A stretch of 64,000 bases of DNA, from contig JAQUQO010000001.1 of assembly GCA_028716045.1 (NCBI GenBank), positions 632,961-696,960 on the forward strand. The letters run 5' to 3'. Positions within the stretch are counted from its first letter, which is position 1, and each line of letters opens with the position of its first letter. Shown here one piece after another: positions 10,713-20,503 of this stretch. The stretch comes from Patescibacteria group bacterium. GTDB lineage: Bacteria; Patescibacteriota; Patescibacteriia; JAQUQO01. The notes below the pieces were generated by a model, which was given only the letters and a program-made list of their open reading frames with translations, was not told the DNA's origin and ran no database searches. Made by a program: the position numbers and the translations under genes.

Positions 10713-10739
10713 TTGGCACTCTGCCAATAGGAGTGCTAA
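10713..10739. promoter_or_regulatory. CIRCE operator (HrcA-binding inverted repeat).
   Basis: TTGGCACTC-N9-GAGTGCTAA compared with the consensus TTAGCACTC-N9-GAGTGCTAA. Positioned between the promoter and the groES start. Confidence 0.8.
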
Positions 10740-10757
10740 TTTATAACCGGTTCATAC

Positions 10758-10786
10758 ATTCTATAAGATATCGGCGGGCTTGTCAA
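10758..10786 (-). promoter_or_regulatory. Sigma70-like promoter (TTGACA-17-TAGAAT) for groES-groEL, immediately upstream of CIRCE.
   Basis: The minus strand reads TTGACAAGCCCGCCGATATCTTATAGAAT. Confidence 0.65.
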
Positions 10787-10877
10787 TACCCATATTACCC
10801 CTTTAAATCCCCGACGGTTTGTTCAATAAAAAAAACCGCTCCGAAATAATATCGGAACGGTTGTAGATAAAAATTGA

Positions 10878-11252
10878 TTAGCAATAATTTCGCCAATCAG
10901 CTTCCTTCCCAAATAAAGAACTTTCTGCTTGCTCCACGGTGCCGGAAAAATTTTCCGGATCACCATCCATTTCGGAAAGCATCGGCTTCCTTAAATTTAA
11001 TCCGCCGATAAATAAGGGCGTGGAAGTATCATCCAGGGCGGCCTCGAGAACAGCATTAGAAACCCTTGCCCTCTTCCTCCTTTCAAAGAGCTTTTTTTGC
11101 TCTTCATAGAATTTTTGAAACGGAACCGTTTCCCCGCTGGCCAAGACCACCTTGTCATTGACCAAGTGTTTTTGCAAGGTCTTCTCGGCTGCTTGAGAAT
11201 CCTTAAAAAAACTGCTGACTTCCGCAATCTCCCGGTCGATCCGCTGGTTCAT
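10878..11252 (-). CDS. Hypothetical protein (124 aa).
   Basis: Strong RBS AAAGGAGG 6 nt upstream of the ATG. Hairpin terminator downstream at about 10835-10865. Confidence 0.65.
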   Translation of the reverse strand: MNQRIDREIAEVSSFFKDSQAAEKTLQKHLVNDKVVLASGETVPFQKFYEEQKKLFERRKRARVSNAVLEAALDDTSTPLFIGGLNLRKPMLSEMDGDPENFSGTVEQAESSLFGKEADWRNYC

Positions 11253-11319
11253 CTAAACCTCCTTTAAATTGTTTGTGGATTATTTTAAGGATAACAAATT
11301 AAAATAAAGTTGTCAATAC

Positions 11320-12741
11320 CTAAACTAAATCGGAAATATCTCGGCCGGCGGGTTTTAAAATTTTTCTCTTTTCATTGATGATTTTTTTGGCGCTCCGGTA
11401 CCAAAGACCTAAAATCAACCACCAAAGCATTATGCCAAAATGGAGCGTCCAAACATAGTGGTCAAAAAAACTGACTTTAAGCAATGTCCATAAAGCAATG
11501 GAATAAACAATCGCCCAATAGCTTTGACAAATCAACCGCCAATTTAAAAATACCGTCCAAAAAATATAAAGAAGCAACAGCCCGAAAGATACCGCTCCTA
11601 AAATTCCGAGTTCCGCCATTATCAAAATATACAAATTGTGTACCGGCTGATAATCCCAGGATTGCCGCGCCGAATCTATTTCTCTGTAAATCGCCAAAGT
11701 ATAATTATTAATTCCTACGCCAGTCAAAAAATGATTCTGAATAAGCTTACCCGCTTCATCAACATACTCAATCCTTTCCTCGTTGGATAAAATTTCCAGC
11801 CGCGTGCCACCAAAAATTCTTGTTTTCACTAAATCCGAATAAATTCCGGAAAGCAAGGCAAAGACCAGCCCGGATAATAATACTAATTTAAAAATGCGCC
11901 AATGGTGTTTGGTTAATTTAACGGAAATGGCTTCGGCGATGAGTAAAAACAAAAAAGAACTGGCCAGCACCGTCCAACCGCCGCGGGAAAAACTAAAAAA
12001 TAATCCAAAAAGTATCACGCAAAACGCTATGAGGCGAAAATAGGTGTTGCCTTGGCCGCTTTTTAAAATCTGGTCTCTTTTGTAAAGTAAGAGCCCGGTC
12101 AAAATCACGAGGGATACCACTAAAAATCCGGCTAGAATGTTAGGATGCGGCAAACTGCCGTAAGCCCGCAAAAATCTGCCCGTGACGCTTTCCACCACAA
12201 AATCCCCAAGCTGCCAAGGATAATGCACGGCCATGCCCAGCCACTTGTTGCCGAAAACTCCCTGCAATAAAAACTGATGAATGCCAAGCAAGCTCTGAAT
12301 AACGGCCGCGCCCACGAGAGCCAGACTGATGAATCTCATTTTTATGGGAAATCGCGCCACTAACCATAAAAGGCCAATACCCTCCGACACTTTTGCCCAG
12401 CCATAAATCGCTAAATTGCGGTCTTTGGCCCAAAAAATAGAAATAAAAATGGCCAGCGCGAAAAAAGCCACCAGCCACCAAAAAACATTTAAATTAAATT
12501 TATACTCCGGCCGGTGGAACTTTTGAAACCAAAGAATCAGCCCCGCCAACAGCAAAAAACCGAGGAGTATATCCGTGGCGTACAAGCTCATTGAGCCGTA
12601 TTCCCAAAAATTGCCATTGAGTTCGCCGACGCGCCAAATCCAACGCGTCTGCCAAGGCAATAAAAAGGCAAAAAGGTAAAGTCCCCATTCTATTATTTTT
12701 TCTAAAACTTTATTCATAAAACCGAGAAAAAATTTTCTCAA
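11320..12741 (-). CDS. Polytopic membrane protein of the O-antigen ligase/Wzy_C-like family.
   Basis: 473 aa with about 10-12 hydrophobic helices and a central loop with the Wzy_C-like pattern. Confidence 0.55.
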   Translation of the reverse strand: MRKFFLGFMNKVLEKIIEWGLYLFAFLLPWQTRWIWRVGELNGNFWEYGSMSLYATDILLGFLLLAGLILWFQKFHRPEYKFNLNVFWWLVAFFALAIFISIFWAKDRNLAIYGWAKVSEGIGLLWLVARFPIKMRFISLALVGAAVIQSLLGIHQFLLQGVFGNKWLGMAVHYPWQLGDFVVESVTGRFLRAYGSLPHPNILAGFLVVSLVILTGLLLYKRDQILKSGQGNTYFRLIAFCVILFGLFFSFSRGGWTVLASSFLFLLIAEAISVKLTKHHWRIFKLVLLSGLVFALLSGIYSDLVKTRIFGGTRLEILSNEERIEYVDEAGKLIQNHFLTGVGINNYTLAIYREIDSARQSWDYQPVHNLYILIMAELGILGAVSFGLLLLYIFWTVFLNWRLICQSYWAIVYSIALWTLLKVSFFDHYVWTLHFGIMLWWLILGLWYRSAKKIINEKRKILKPAGRDISDLV

Positions 12742-13660
12742 ATTTCAAGGCAAATTCCGCGCGCCGGTCATCGCTGTGAAATTTTAACATCTTATTGCTG
12801 ATGATTACCCGCGTATCTTGGGCGCCGGAAATTTCCTTAAGCCGATTGGGCATTATTTTGAATTGATACTTTCTAAAAATCGGCTCTAAAATCTTATTGC
12901 CTCCAAAAAACTCAACTATATTTTTGAGCCATCGCCCGGTCGGCGGTAAAGCGCGGCGCGGATTATTCTCTAAAAAAATACCATTGGGTAAATACTCGCG
13001 CAACCAGCCGTTATCCTGAAAAAACTTTTCAAAAACTTTATCTTCTTGATAAAGCGGCGAGATTTTATTAAGCCAATAAATCAAATAGATGTCTCCGAAC
13101 CATTTATTCTTCAAAAGCGGCGAGGTAATCGTCTCCAAATTAAGGTTATCGGCCGTGGCGAAAAAACTCAAACAAAGCGTGTCGCGAGTTTTGCCCGCCC
13201 GCGGGCGTCCGCCAAAAAACTTGGAAAGAATAACTGACCAAAATCGCGCTGACCAAATCTTACCCGCCGCCGCGATGATAAAAAAATCAATATCACTCTC
13301 CTCCGGTGAATTGCTGTAAGCCAAAGTGTTGCAGACAGCCACGCCGCGCACGCCCGGCGCGAACCGCAGCCAGCGGGAAAATTTTTTGGCTTTTTTAAAT
13401 TTACGCTCGGCTATAAGATAGCGCTCCCGCCGCCGGGAAACATTCCCCGCCCGATTGGCTAAATAAAAAAATCCCTCACGGGATTCCAAAATTCCTTTTT
13501 CTTTTAATCGGGACAATGCCTCCTCGGTTTGGTTTAAAGAAATCCCCTGTCCAAAAGAAAACTCCCAAACTTCCATTAAAGTTAAGGGGTAATCAAAAAT
13601 ATCAAAATAAACAAGAGGAATTAAAATAGACTTTGTTGCATCGTCTATCTTATTCTGCAT
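12710..13660 (-). CDS. Hypothetical protein with a nucleotidyltransferase-fold-like core (VCNTLAYSNSPEESDIDFFII).
   Basis: 316-aa ORF overlapping the downstream Wzy_C-like gene by 32 bp. The G-S...D-x-D motif resembles polymerase-beta-type NTases; that is weak recall. Confidence 0.5.
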   Translation of the reverse strand: MQNKIDDATKSILIPLVYFDIFDYPLTLMEVWEFSFGQGISLNQTEEALSRLKEKGILESREGFFYLANRAGNVSRRRERYLIAERKFKKAKKFSRWLRFAPGVRGVAVCNTLAYSNSPEESDIDFFIIAAAGKIWSARFWSVILSKFFGGRPRAGKTRDTLCLSFFATADNLNLETITSPLLKNKWFGDIYLIYWLNKISPLYQEDKVFEKFFQDNGWLREYLPNGIFLENNPRRALPPTGRWLKNIVEFFGGNKILEPIFRKYQFKIMPNRLKEISGAQDTRVIISNKMLKFHSDDRRAEFALKFEKIFSRFYE

Positions 13661-13777
13661 ACCTAGTAGTACAACTTTAAATTAATTAGTAAATAAATAA
13701 TCTCTAAATCTTTTAGATAAAGACTGTCTTTCGCCCGTAGTTTTAAAATATTGTTCAAGGTTGTACTACTGGGCATA

Positions 13778-14092
13778 CTAATTTTTACTTTGGATAATAT
13801 TCGGTCTTTCAATAACCGCTTCTGGCGCCTTGGTGGGATATTTCTCATCCGCTTCTTTCAACGCCGCATCATCAACAATCATTTTGTTTTGAGAAAAAGA
13901 AATAACCTGATTACGGCTAATAACCAAACGGCGTTTAATCCGTCCCCGTAAAATAGAAATGTCTTTCACGAAATAATTAATGACGCTCTGCGAATCCGTA
14001 TCAACCTCTAAACCCGCTATCTTGCCCAAAAAAATTCCGGATTTGGTCTCTACCGCGAGTTTAAATAAATCTTTGTGATTCATCGGACGCAT
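13778..14092 (-). CDS. PRC-barrel-like small protein.
   Basis: 104 aa with an LGKIAGLEVDTDSQSVINYFV pattern typical of a PRC barrel. 16 bp downstream of yidC. Confidence 0.45.
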   Translation of the reverse strand: MRPMNHKDLFKLAVETKSGIFLGKIAGLEVDTDSQSVINYFVKDISILRGRIKRRLVISRNQVISFSQNKMIVDDAALKEADEKYPTKAPEAVIERPNIIQSKN

Positions 14093-14108
14093 AAAATATC
14101 AAAAAATA

Positions 14109-14849
14109 TTAAACGGTTTCTGCTGTGTTTTTGTCGTCATTTTTCAAAAAATATAACTGCTGCAGAGCCGTGAGCAGGGTGGTTATAAACCAATAGAGAG
14201 TGAGGCCCGCCGGCAAACTGGCGCCGATAAAAACCGTAAAAATCGGCATAAAATAAGTCATCTGTTTATTCATGATGGCTGACATATCCTCGTCTTTCGC
14301 CCCGGCTTCCTTGCGGACCGCGGCGGGCGGACGCTTAGCCATCATCATTTTGGTTTGCCAAAACTGCGCCAACCCAGCCAGTACGGCCAAATAAATGTTG
14401 GACTGGGCTAAATTGATAAAACCAAAAGAAATAGTGTTAATATGTTCCGGATTAGCCACGAACGAATAAAGCAAATTAAAATTATTGGAAGCAAGTCCGC
14501 TTCTAAAAACCTGATAAACCGCCAATAAAAACGGCAATTGGATAAGCAACGGCAAACAAGAGGAAAAAGGATTAACTTTTTCTTGTTTATAAAGTTCCAT
14601 CATGGCCTGCGCCATTTTGTCCTTTTGGTCTTTATATTTTTTCTTTAACTCTTCAATCTTCGGCTGTAAGGACTGCAGGGATTTCTGCGATTTAATGGAC
14701 TGCAAAGAAAAGGGAAATAAAATTAATTTAATGACGATGGTCAGAGCGATAATCGCCAAGCCCACATCGTGGCCGGGGATAATATTGTAAAAAAATACCA
14801 GCAGATTAAATAACGGTTGATATAATATGGTATTGTATAACGCCATCAT
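14109..14849 (-). CDS. yidC: Membrane protein insertase YidC (short, Oxa1-like form).
   Basis: 246 aa with five TM segments and a conserved YidC core (NPFSSCLPLLIQLPFLLAVYQVF). Confidence 0.9.
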   Translation of the reverse strand: MMALYNTILYQPLFNLLVFFYNIIPGHDVGLAIIALTIVIKLILFPFSLQSIKSQKSLQSLQPKIEELKKKYKDQKDKMAQAMMELYKQEKVNPFSSCLPLLIQLPFLLAVYQVFRSGLASNNFNLLYSFVANPEHINTISFGFINLAQSNIYLAVLAGLAQFWQTKMMMAKRPPAAVRKEAGAKDEDMSAIMNKQMTYFMPIFTVFIGASLPAGLTLYWFITTLLTALQQLYFLKNDDKNTAETV

Positions 14850-14861
14850 AATTTCCCTTTT

Positions 14862-16175
14862 TTATTTTTTACTCTTGGACTTAGTGGTTTTCTTTTTCTT
14901 CTTCACTTCCTTTTTTTCTTTTTTATCCTCGGCTTTGGCGGGTTGTTCTACGCTCTCTTTTTCTAAAACTTCAGCTGGGGTTTTATTTTCCTCCGGCTTT
15001 AGTCCTCCTTCGGATTCTATTTTTTCCACTGTTCCGTCTTCTTTGGCTTCGGCAATATCAAGTTTAAAGCCGGTCAATTTGGCGGCTAACCGCACATTCT
15101 GCCCGCCCCGGCCGATAGCCAAGGATAATTGGTCGGACTTTACCATCACTACCGCGGTTTTATTGGCTTCGTTAATTTCCACGGAGATAATTTTCGCCGG
15201 GGAAAGCGCGTTGGAAATGAATTTTTTAATATCCTCGTCCCATTCAATAATATCAATTTTCTCCCCGCCGAGTTCGGAAATAATAGTCTGAATTCTTGTC
15301 CCGCGCTGGCCGACACAGGAACCAATGGGGTCAATATTTTCATCTTTGGACGCCACCGCTATCTTGGTGCGAGAACCGGCTTCGCGGGCAATGGCTTTAA
15401 TTTCTATGGAACCATTGTCAACTTCCGGAATCTCTATCTCAAACATTTTTTTGACGATTTCCGGATGAGCGCGCGAAATTAAAATCTCCGGACCCTTGGT
15501 AGTCATAGCCACGGAACTGACATAGAATTTAAAACGGGAACCGGGGAAATAGCGTTCGCTCTGAATCTGACCATCCGGCAACATCACGGCAGTTGTTCTC
15601 CCTAAATCAACTAGCACGATTTTACCCTCTCTTCTTTGAACAGTGCCGGTGATAATGGTATTCTCTTTGGACTTGAATTCGTCAAAAACCGTCTGACGCT
15701 CCACTTCTCTTAATTTTTGAGTGATAACCTGCTTGGCGGTCTGCGCGGCCATACGGCCAAACTCGCCCGGAACTTCTAAATCCATTACCAACTCCTCGCC
15801 GATTTTTATTCCTTTTTTAATTTTTTTGGCCTCATCAATGCCTATCTGTGTTTTGGGATTAAATCTTTTAATCTCTTCCTTCTCTTCTCCTTCTGCCGGA
15901 GCGGCGATTTCCTTAGTTGTTTCTTTCACTTCTTCCTCGCTTATCTCTTCAATTAATTCTTCCTCCGGCGGATTTTCCACCACCTCTTTAACATCAAAAA
16001 CCTTGATGCCGCCGGTTTTGGCGTCAAATTCCACTTTTATATTCTGCAACCTGTTTCCGAAGTCCTTGCGATAAGCGGCGGCCAGAGCCGATTCAATGGT
16101 TTCAATCACCGCTTCCATGGGGATGCCTTTTTCGTCGGAAATTTGTTTGATAGCGCTGTATATTGGCGAACTCAT
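14862..16175 (-). CDS. nusA: Transcription termination/antitermination factor NusA.
   Basis: 437 aa with N-terminal, S1 and two KH domains and a Lys-rich C-terminal tail. Confidence 0.95.
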   Translation of the reverse strand: MSSPIYSAIKQISDEKGIPMEAVIETIESALAAAYRKDFGNRLQNIKVEFDAKTGGIKVFDVKEVVENPPEEELIEEISEEEVKETTKEIAAPAEGEEKEEIKRFNPKTQIGIDEAKKIKKGIKIGEELVMDLEVPGEFGRMAAQTAKQVITQKLREVERQTVFDEFKSKENTIITGTVQRREGKIVLVDLGRTTAVMLPDGQIQSERYFPGSRFKFYVSSVAMTTKGPEILISRAHPEIVKKMFEIEIPEVDNGSIEIKAIAREAGSRTKIAVASKDENIDPIGSCVGQRGTRIQTIISELGGEKIDIIEWDEDIKKFISNALSPAKIISVEINEANKTAVVMVKSDQLSLAIGRGGQNVRLAAKLTGFKLDIAEAKEDGTVEKIESEGGLKPEENKTPAEVLEKESVEQPAKAEDKKEKKEVKKKKKTTKSKSKK

Positions 16176-16282
16176 AAATTTTGCCTTAATTTTTTAAAAA
16201 ACTAGTCCACGCACAGGAACTAGTCTCTAAAAAGAGTATAGCACAGGAGTAAAAAATTGGCAAACCCGCCAGTGCCAAAAAC

Positions 16283-16311
16283 TTGACAAAATATCCCGTT
16301 TGTACTATAAT
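16283..16311 (+). promoter_or_regulatory. Sigma70-like promoter (TTGACA-17-TATAAT).
   Basis: TTGACA at 16283-16288 and TATAAT at 16306-16311, upstream of the ORF at 16382. Confidence 0.6.
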
Positions 16312-16381
16312 ATAGGGTTAAAAAGAACGTTGAAAACAATAACAAAACCGGCTTCTTTTAGAAAGAAAGGGAGGTGGCAAA

Positions 16382-16894
16382 ATGGAAGAAGAAGAAAAAA
16401 ACAAAAAATGTTGCCACACAGAAGGAAAGCGTTCCAAAATAAAAGAACTGTGGGAAGCAATAAAACAAAGCTTCTGGAACGCGGATAACTGGTTATTTTG
16501 GCTAAATACCCTCTGGGCTTTCGCTCTGCTGACAATGTGTTACATTGTTTACTTTGCCCCCGATTTCAGTAAGATACCACCAAACATGCTTGTAATCTAC
16601 TACTCCCTACTTATACTATACACAAGCAATAAAGAACTCGTCGGCTGGACTTCGTCAACTGGCGAAGCAAAACTCAAACCGGGAGAATTCTTTATAGGAA
16701 TTTGGATCTTAACTGCCTTCATAATGCTCATCGGGCAATTTGCGACCAATGAGATGCTGATTATGCCGGAAGAAATTCTAACCATCCTTGGATGGGTAGG
16801 AACCATCTTTTTCGGGCGAGAAGCTTCAAAGCGATTGCGTAAATGGAGGGGCGATGTAAAAGCAGAAAAAATAGCCAGCAAAAAGGACAGCTAA
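16382..16894 (+). CDS. Hypothetical integral membrane protein (170 aa).
   Basis: RBS GGGAGGTGG, four hydrophobic helices, and a hairpin terminator overlapping the stop (16881-16909). Confidence 0.7.
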   Translation: MEEEEKNKKCCHTEGKRSKIKELWEAIKQSFWNADNWLFWLNTLWAFALLTMCYIVYFAPDFSKIPPNMLVIYYSLLILYTSNKELVGWTSSTGEAKLKPGEFFIGIWILTAFIMLIGQFATNEMLIMPEEILTILGWVGTIFFGREASKRLRKWRGDVKAEKIASKKDS

Positions 16895-16911
16895 AAACTG
16901 TCCTTTTTTAT

Positions 16912-17274
16912 TTAAATATCTTCCAAATGTTTTATCTCCGTGTTGTTTCCTATCCGCAAGATGCTAATGACGTCAAATCGGAATTCGCCTTCCAAATTAT
17001 TTTCTTTTAAATAACAATCAGCCAAATACTCAATCTTTTTTCTTTTCTCCTCGTTCACCGCTTCTTCCGGCCAGCCATAATTATTGCTGGCGCGAGTTTT
17101 AACTTCTACAAAGAAAATTTTTTCTTTGCCAAAGAAGCCGTCTCTCTTGGAAGCGATAATATCTATCTCCCCCCAGCGGTTGCGGTAATTACGCGCCAAA
17201 ATTTTATATTTCTTTTCTTCCAGAAATTTAACCGCCAAATCCTCTCCCCAATTTCCTAAATCTTTGTTGGACAT
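16912..17274 (-). CDS. YraN-family (UPF0102) endonuclease-like protein.
   Basis: 120 aa. GEDLAVKFLEEKKYKILARNYR...GEIDIIA...FVEVKTR motif. Confidence 0.85.
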   Translation of the reverse strand: MSNKDLGNWGEDLAVKFLEEKKYKILARNYRNRWGEIDIIASKRDGFFGKEKIFFVEVKTRASNNYGWPEEAVNEEKRKKIEYLADCYLKENNLEGEFRFDVISILRIGNNTEIKHLEDI

Positions 17275-17687
17275 TATTTTTTCTTCTTCGGCAGATATTT
17301 TTCAAAATGTTCCCGCTCCGCCTGTTCTTTTTCTTTAAGCGGAATTTTTACCACCGCGTAGCGGATAATAAAAATAAGCCAAACGATAAGTCCGATAAGC
17401 CAGAGTAAAAACCACAAGCGCATTCCTAAAACCGGCACGCCTTCATAAGCGAAAAATAAATAAACGAGCCCTAAAATGCCCAGCCAGCCGAGCATGTTAG
17501 AAATCTTTCTCCAGATAATTTTTTTAATACGGCCGGCCCACCGGAAATCGGAAAACTTTTTAATTATTACCGAGCCGGCCATAAAAACTAAAAATATCAC
17601 CACTAGGGCGATTAAAGAACTTTTTAAAAGCGGCCCGGGGTGAGTGTTAAACCAAATCTCATAATTAAGTAAATTCGATAAATTCAT
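17274..17687 (-). CDS. Hypothetical membrane protein (137 aa).
   Basis: Three hydrophobic helices. Abuts yraN with a 1-nt overlap of the start and stop codons. Confidence 0.6.
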   Translation of the reverse strand: MNLSNLLNYEIWFNTHPGPLLKSSLIALVVIFLVFMAGSVIIKKFSDFRWAGRIKKIIWRKISNMLGWLGILGLVYLFFAYEGVPVLGMRLWFLLWLIGLIVWLIFIIRYAVVKIPLKEKEQAEREHFEKYLPKKKK

Positions 17688-17688
17688 A

Positions 17689-18255
17689 CTATTTTTTCTT
17701 AAATACTAAAGCAAAATGAAATTTACCGGCGGCGAACTCTTCTGTCAACTGAAGCCCCAACTTAACAGCCAGTTTTTTCACTTCTTCGGCGGGTACTCTA
17801 AATTCCACCGGCGGTCCGAAAGAAGGTATTTGCGTCATTTTCCAATCAACAATCAGAAGATTGCCCTCGGGCTTAATCATTCTGGCGGCCTCTCTTAGAA
17901 ATTCTTCTTTTTTTTGCGATTGAAATAAATTATTGATAATCAGCCCGATATCCAAACTTTTATCGGGAATTTTGGTCGCGCCGTAAACTTCCAGGTCGGA
18001 CCAAACCGTTTCCACGTTTGTGAGGCCCTCTAATTTGGCGCGGCTGGATACCCCTTCCAAAGCGGATTTAAGAATATCCACGGCATAGGCCACTCCTTCT
18101 TTGCCGACTAAATGCGCCGCCGGAATGACAAAATGTCCGGCCGTGCCGCAACCGAAATCCGCCACCTTCTTACCCTGCGCGATGCCAGCTTTGTTTAATA
18201 CCTGGCGGGAATCAAGCAAAGCGCTGCCGCCAGTAACTGTTTTTATGTCTATCAT
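17689..18255 (-). CDS. Class I SAM-dependent methyltransferase.
   Basis: 188 aa with the DFGCGTAG SAM-binding motif I. Confidence 0.85.
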   Translation of the reverse strand: MIDIKTVTGGSALLDSRQVLNKAGIAQGKKVADFGCGTAGHFVIPAAHLVGKEGVAYAVDILKSALEGVSSRAKLEGLTNVETVWSDLEVYGATKIPDKSLDIGLIINNLFQSQKKEEFLREAARMIKPEGNLLIVDWKMTQIPSFGPPVEFRVPAEEVKKLAVKLGLQLTEEFAAGKFHFALVFKKK

Positions 18256-18275
18256 ATGTTTGAATTAATAATAAA

Positions 18276-18515
18276 CTACCTGACAAAAATCCAAACCAAA
18301 ATATCCTGCACCGTGCCGGTCATATAAAGAAGCGAGAGGAGGATAATCGCCAAGCCGATAAGTTTCCAAAACAATCTTGTGCCGCCTTCGGCGCCGAGTT
18401 TTATTTCCGCCCAGTCAATCCGGCCAAAATTCTGAAGCAGCCATTCGCTTTTCAAAACCAGCAAAGCGCCGATAATCACACCGATTAAAGTTATGAGATA
18501 AACCATAATTTCCAA
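18276..18515 (-). CDS. Small membrane protein (79 aa). Tentative.
   Basis: Two hydrophobic helices; overlaps the uppP stop by 25 bp. Confidence 0.35.
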   Translation of the reverse strand: MEIMVYLITLIGVIIGALLVLKSEWLLQNFGRIDWAEIKLGAEGGTRLFWKLIGLAIILLSLLYMTGTVQDILVWIFVR

Positions 18516-19315
18516 ATAATCATTAAAGCTCCGATAACCAGCAAATAATAGGCAAAGATATTTAACCTACACCGGGCAAAAAATCGCAACACCGCGCGGA
18601 CGGCCCAAAGTGAGCTGATAAGTGAAGCTAAAAATCCGGCCGCATAAAAAGGCCAAATACTAAAAATATCATATCTTAAACTCTGGTCATTTAGCAAGTC
18701 AGTTAATTGAAAAACGGCGGCGCCGAAAATCGCCGGCAGGGCCATCAAAAAAGAAAAGCGCGCAGCAACGGAACGCTCCACGCCGGAAAATAAGCCGCCG
18801 CAGATAACCGAACCGCTGCGGGAAATTCCGGGCAAAATTCCCGCGACTTGGAACAACCCCATCGCTAAAATATCTTTAAAACGGATTGTCTTGATATTTT
18901 TCTGCTTCGGCCATCTTTCCGCCGCCAGGAATAAAAATCCCGTAGCGACAAATAATACTCCCACGACAAATGTCTCGCGGATATTGTTTTCTATCCAATC
19001 TTTAAATAAAATACCGACCACGCCCGCGGGGACGGAAGCTAAAAATAATTTTAAAAGTAAGGAATTTTTCCATTCCCGCCAGTTTACCAATTCTTTAAAC
19101 ATTTGGACAATTTCTTTTCTAAAATAAAAAACCAAGGCGACCAACGTGCCTAAATGTAAAAAAATATCAAAAGCCCCGAGAGTCGCGGCGGGGAAACCAA
19201 AAATATTTTCTAAAATCACCAAATGGCCGGAGGAGGAAATCGGCAAAAACTCCGTAATCCCCTGAATGACCCCAAAAATAACACCCCTGATTAAAAAATA
19301 TGCTAAAATTGTCAT
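18491..19315 (-). CDS. uppP: Undecaprenyl-diphosphatase (BacA/UppP).
   Basis: 274 aa with GITEFLPISSSGHL and GISRSGS motifs. Confidence 0.9.
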   Translation of the reverse strand: MTILAYFLIRGVIFGVIQGITEFLPISSSGHLVILENIFGFPAATLGAFDIFLHLGTLVALVFYFRKEIVQMFKELVNWREWKNSLLLKLFLASVPAGVVGILFKDWIENNIRETFVVGVLFVATGFLFLAAERWPKQKNIKTIRFKDILAMGLFQVAGILPGISRSGSVICGGLFSGVERSVAARFSFLMALPAIFGAAVFQLTDLLNDQSLRYDIFSIWPFYAAGFLASLISSLWAVRAVLRFFARCRLNIFAYYLLVIGALMIIWKLWFIS

Positions 19316-19345
19316 ACTTTAATGATATCAAAAATTACTCAAACA

Positions 19346-19372
19346 AAAAAGCGGGTTCAGCACCCGCTCCCA
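19346..19372 (-). terminator. Rho-independent terminator.
   Basis: Minus strand GGGAGCGGGTGCTGAACCCGC followed by TTTTTTGTTTG. Confidence 0.6.
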
Positions 19373-19386
19373 AATGCCGAAATTTA

Positions 19387-20241
19387 TCATGCGACTATTT
19401 CCTCTAAAAATTCATTTACATAATCCATCGGCGCGTCGTTTAAAAGCACCGCGTCAAAGACGTTTTTGTATAATTCCAAATTCTCCCCTATGTTCTCATT
19501 TAAAAATCCTATTCTAAATAAATTTTTATAATCAAAACCTTCTATCATGCCGATGTCATCGGCGCTATCTCCCAGCAAGATAACGTTTTTTCTGTTTTTA
19601 ACGGCCGCATAAGCTTCCGGAAAATCCTGAATAGCTGTCTTATCTTTATTAAGCGTATGAATAATGGGTTCTTTCACACTCACGACTTGGCCTTTTTCAT
19701 CCCAAATAAATGAATTGGAAATGATATAGATATTGTCGTAGAGCTTGCCGTATTTTTTTAAATAAATTTCAATGCCGTCACCGCCAAGGCCGCTGGCGGA
19801 CATAATAACCAGAGGAATATTATAGTGATGTAAAAAATCAAAAAATGCCAAGGCCTGGCCGCGGAGTTCTAATTCCGGAGATTCCATGGCTCTCTCTATA
19901 TCGCGTTTATTTAACCTCGATTCTACAATTAACTTAAAATGCGTTCGCCACCATTCTTCCATGGCTTGTTTTTTGACTTCGTGAGGAATAGCGGGGTCAA
20001 TCTCAATGGCGTGATATTTATTAAAAAGAGCGTGGGCTTTCTCCGCGTAATCCGGAGTTAAATATCCGCCATTACGCAAAATAGACACTAATGACGGAAC
20101 TTTCTTGCCGCCCACAAAGGCCTTGAGCAAAGTTCTGTCAAAATCTGATAAAACATGTAAATTTTTATGTCCGCCGGCGACTATTGCCTTTCTTATTTCA
20201 TTTAACGCCATTGGATTTTTAATCGCGATAGTTTGATTCAT
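19387..20241 (-). CDS. HAD-superfamily hydrolase, pyrimidine 5'-nucleotidase (cN-III/UMPH-1)-like.
   Basis: 284 aa with motif I DFDRTL and motif IV GDSADD, and an extended cap domain. Confidence 0.65.
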   Translation of the reverse strand: MNQTIAIKNPMALNEIRKAIVAGGHKNLHVLSDFDRTLLKAFVGGKKVPSLVSILRNGGYLTPDYAEKAHALFNKYHAIEIDPAIPHEVKKQAMEEWWRTHFKLIVESRLNKRDIERAMESPELELRGQALAFFDFLHHYNIPLVIMSASGLGGDGIEIYLKKYGKLYDNIYIISNSFIWDEKGQVVSVKEPIIHTLNKDKTAIQDFPEAYAAVKNRKNVILLGDSADDIGMIEGFDYKNLFRIGFLNENIGENLELYKNVFDAVLLNDAPMDYVNEFLEEIVA

Positions 20242-20260
20242 ATTAAAAATTTAATTCTAG

Positions 20261-20503
<243 letters not shown>

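Noticed and set aside
16199-16226. Hairpin ACTAGTCC…GGAACTAGT upstream of nusA.
   Set aside because: An imperfect short stem without a U-tract, in a divergent promoter region. Insufficient evidence to call it a terminator or attenuator.
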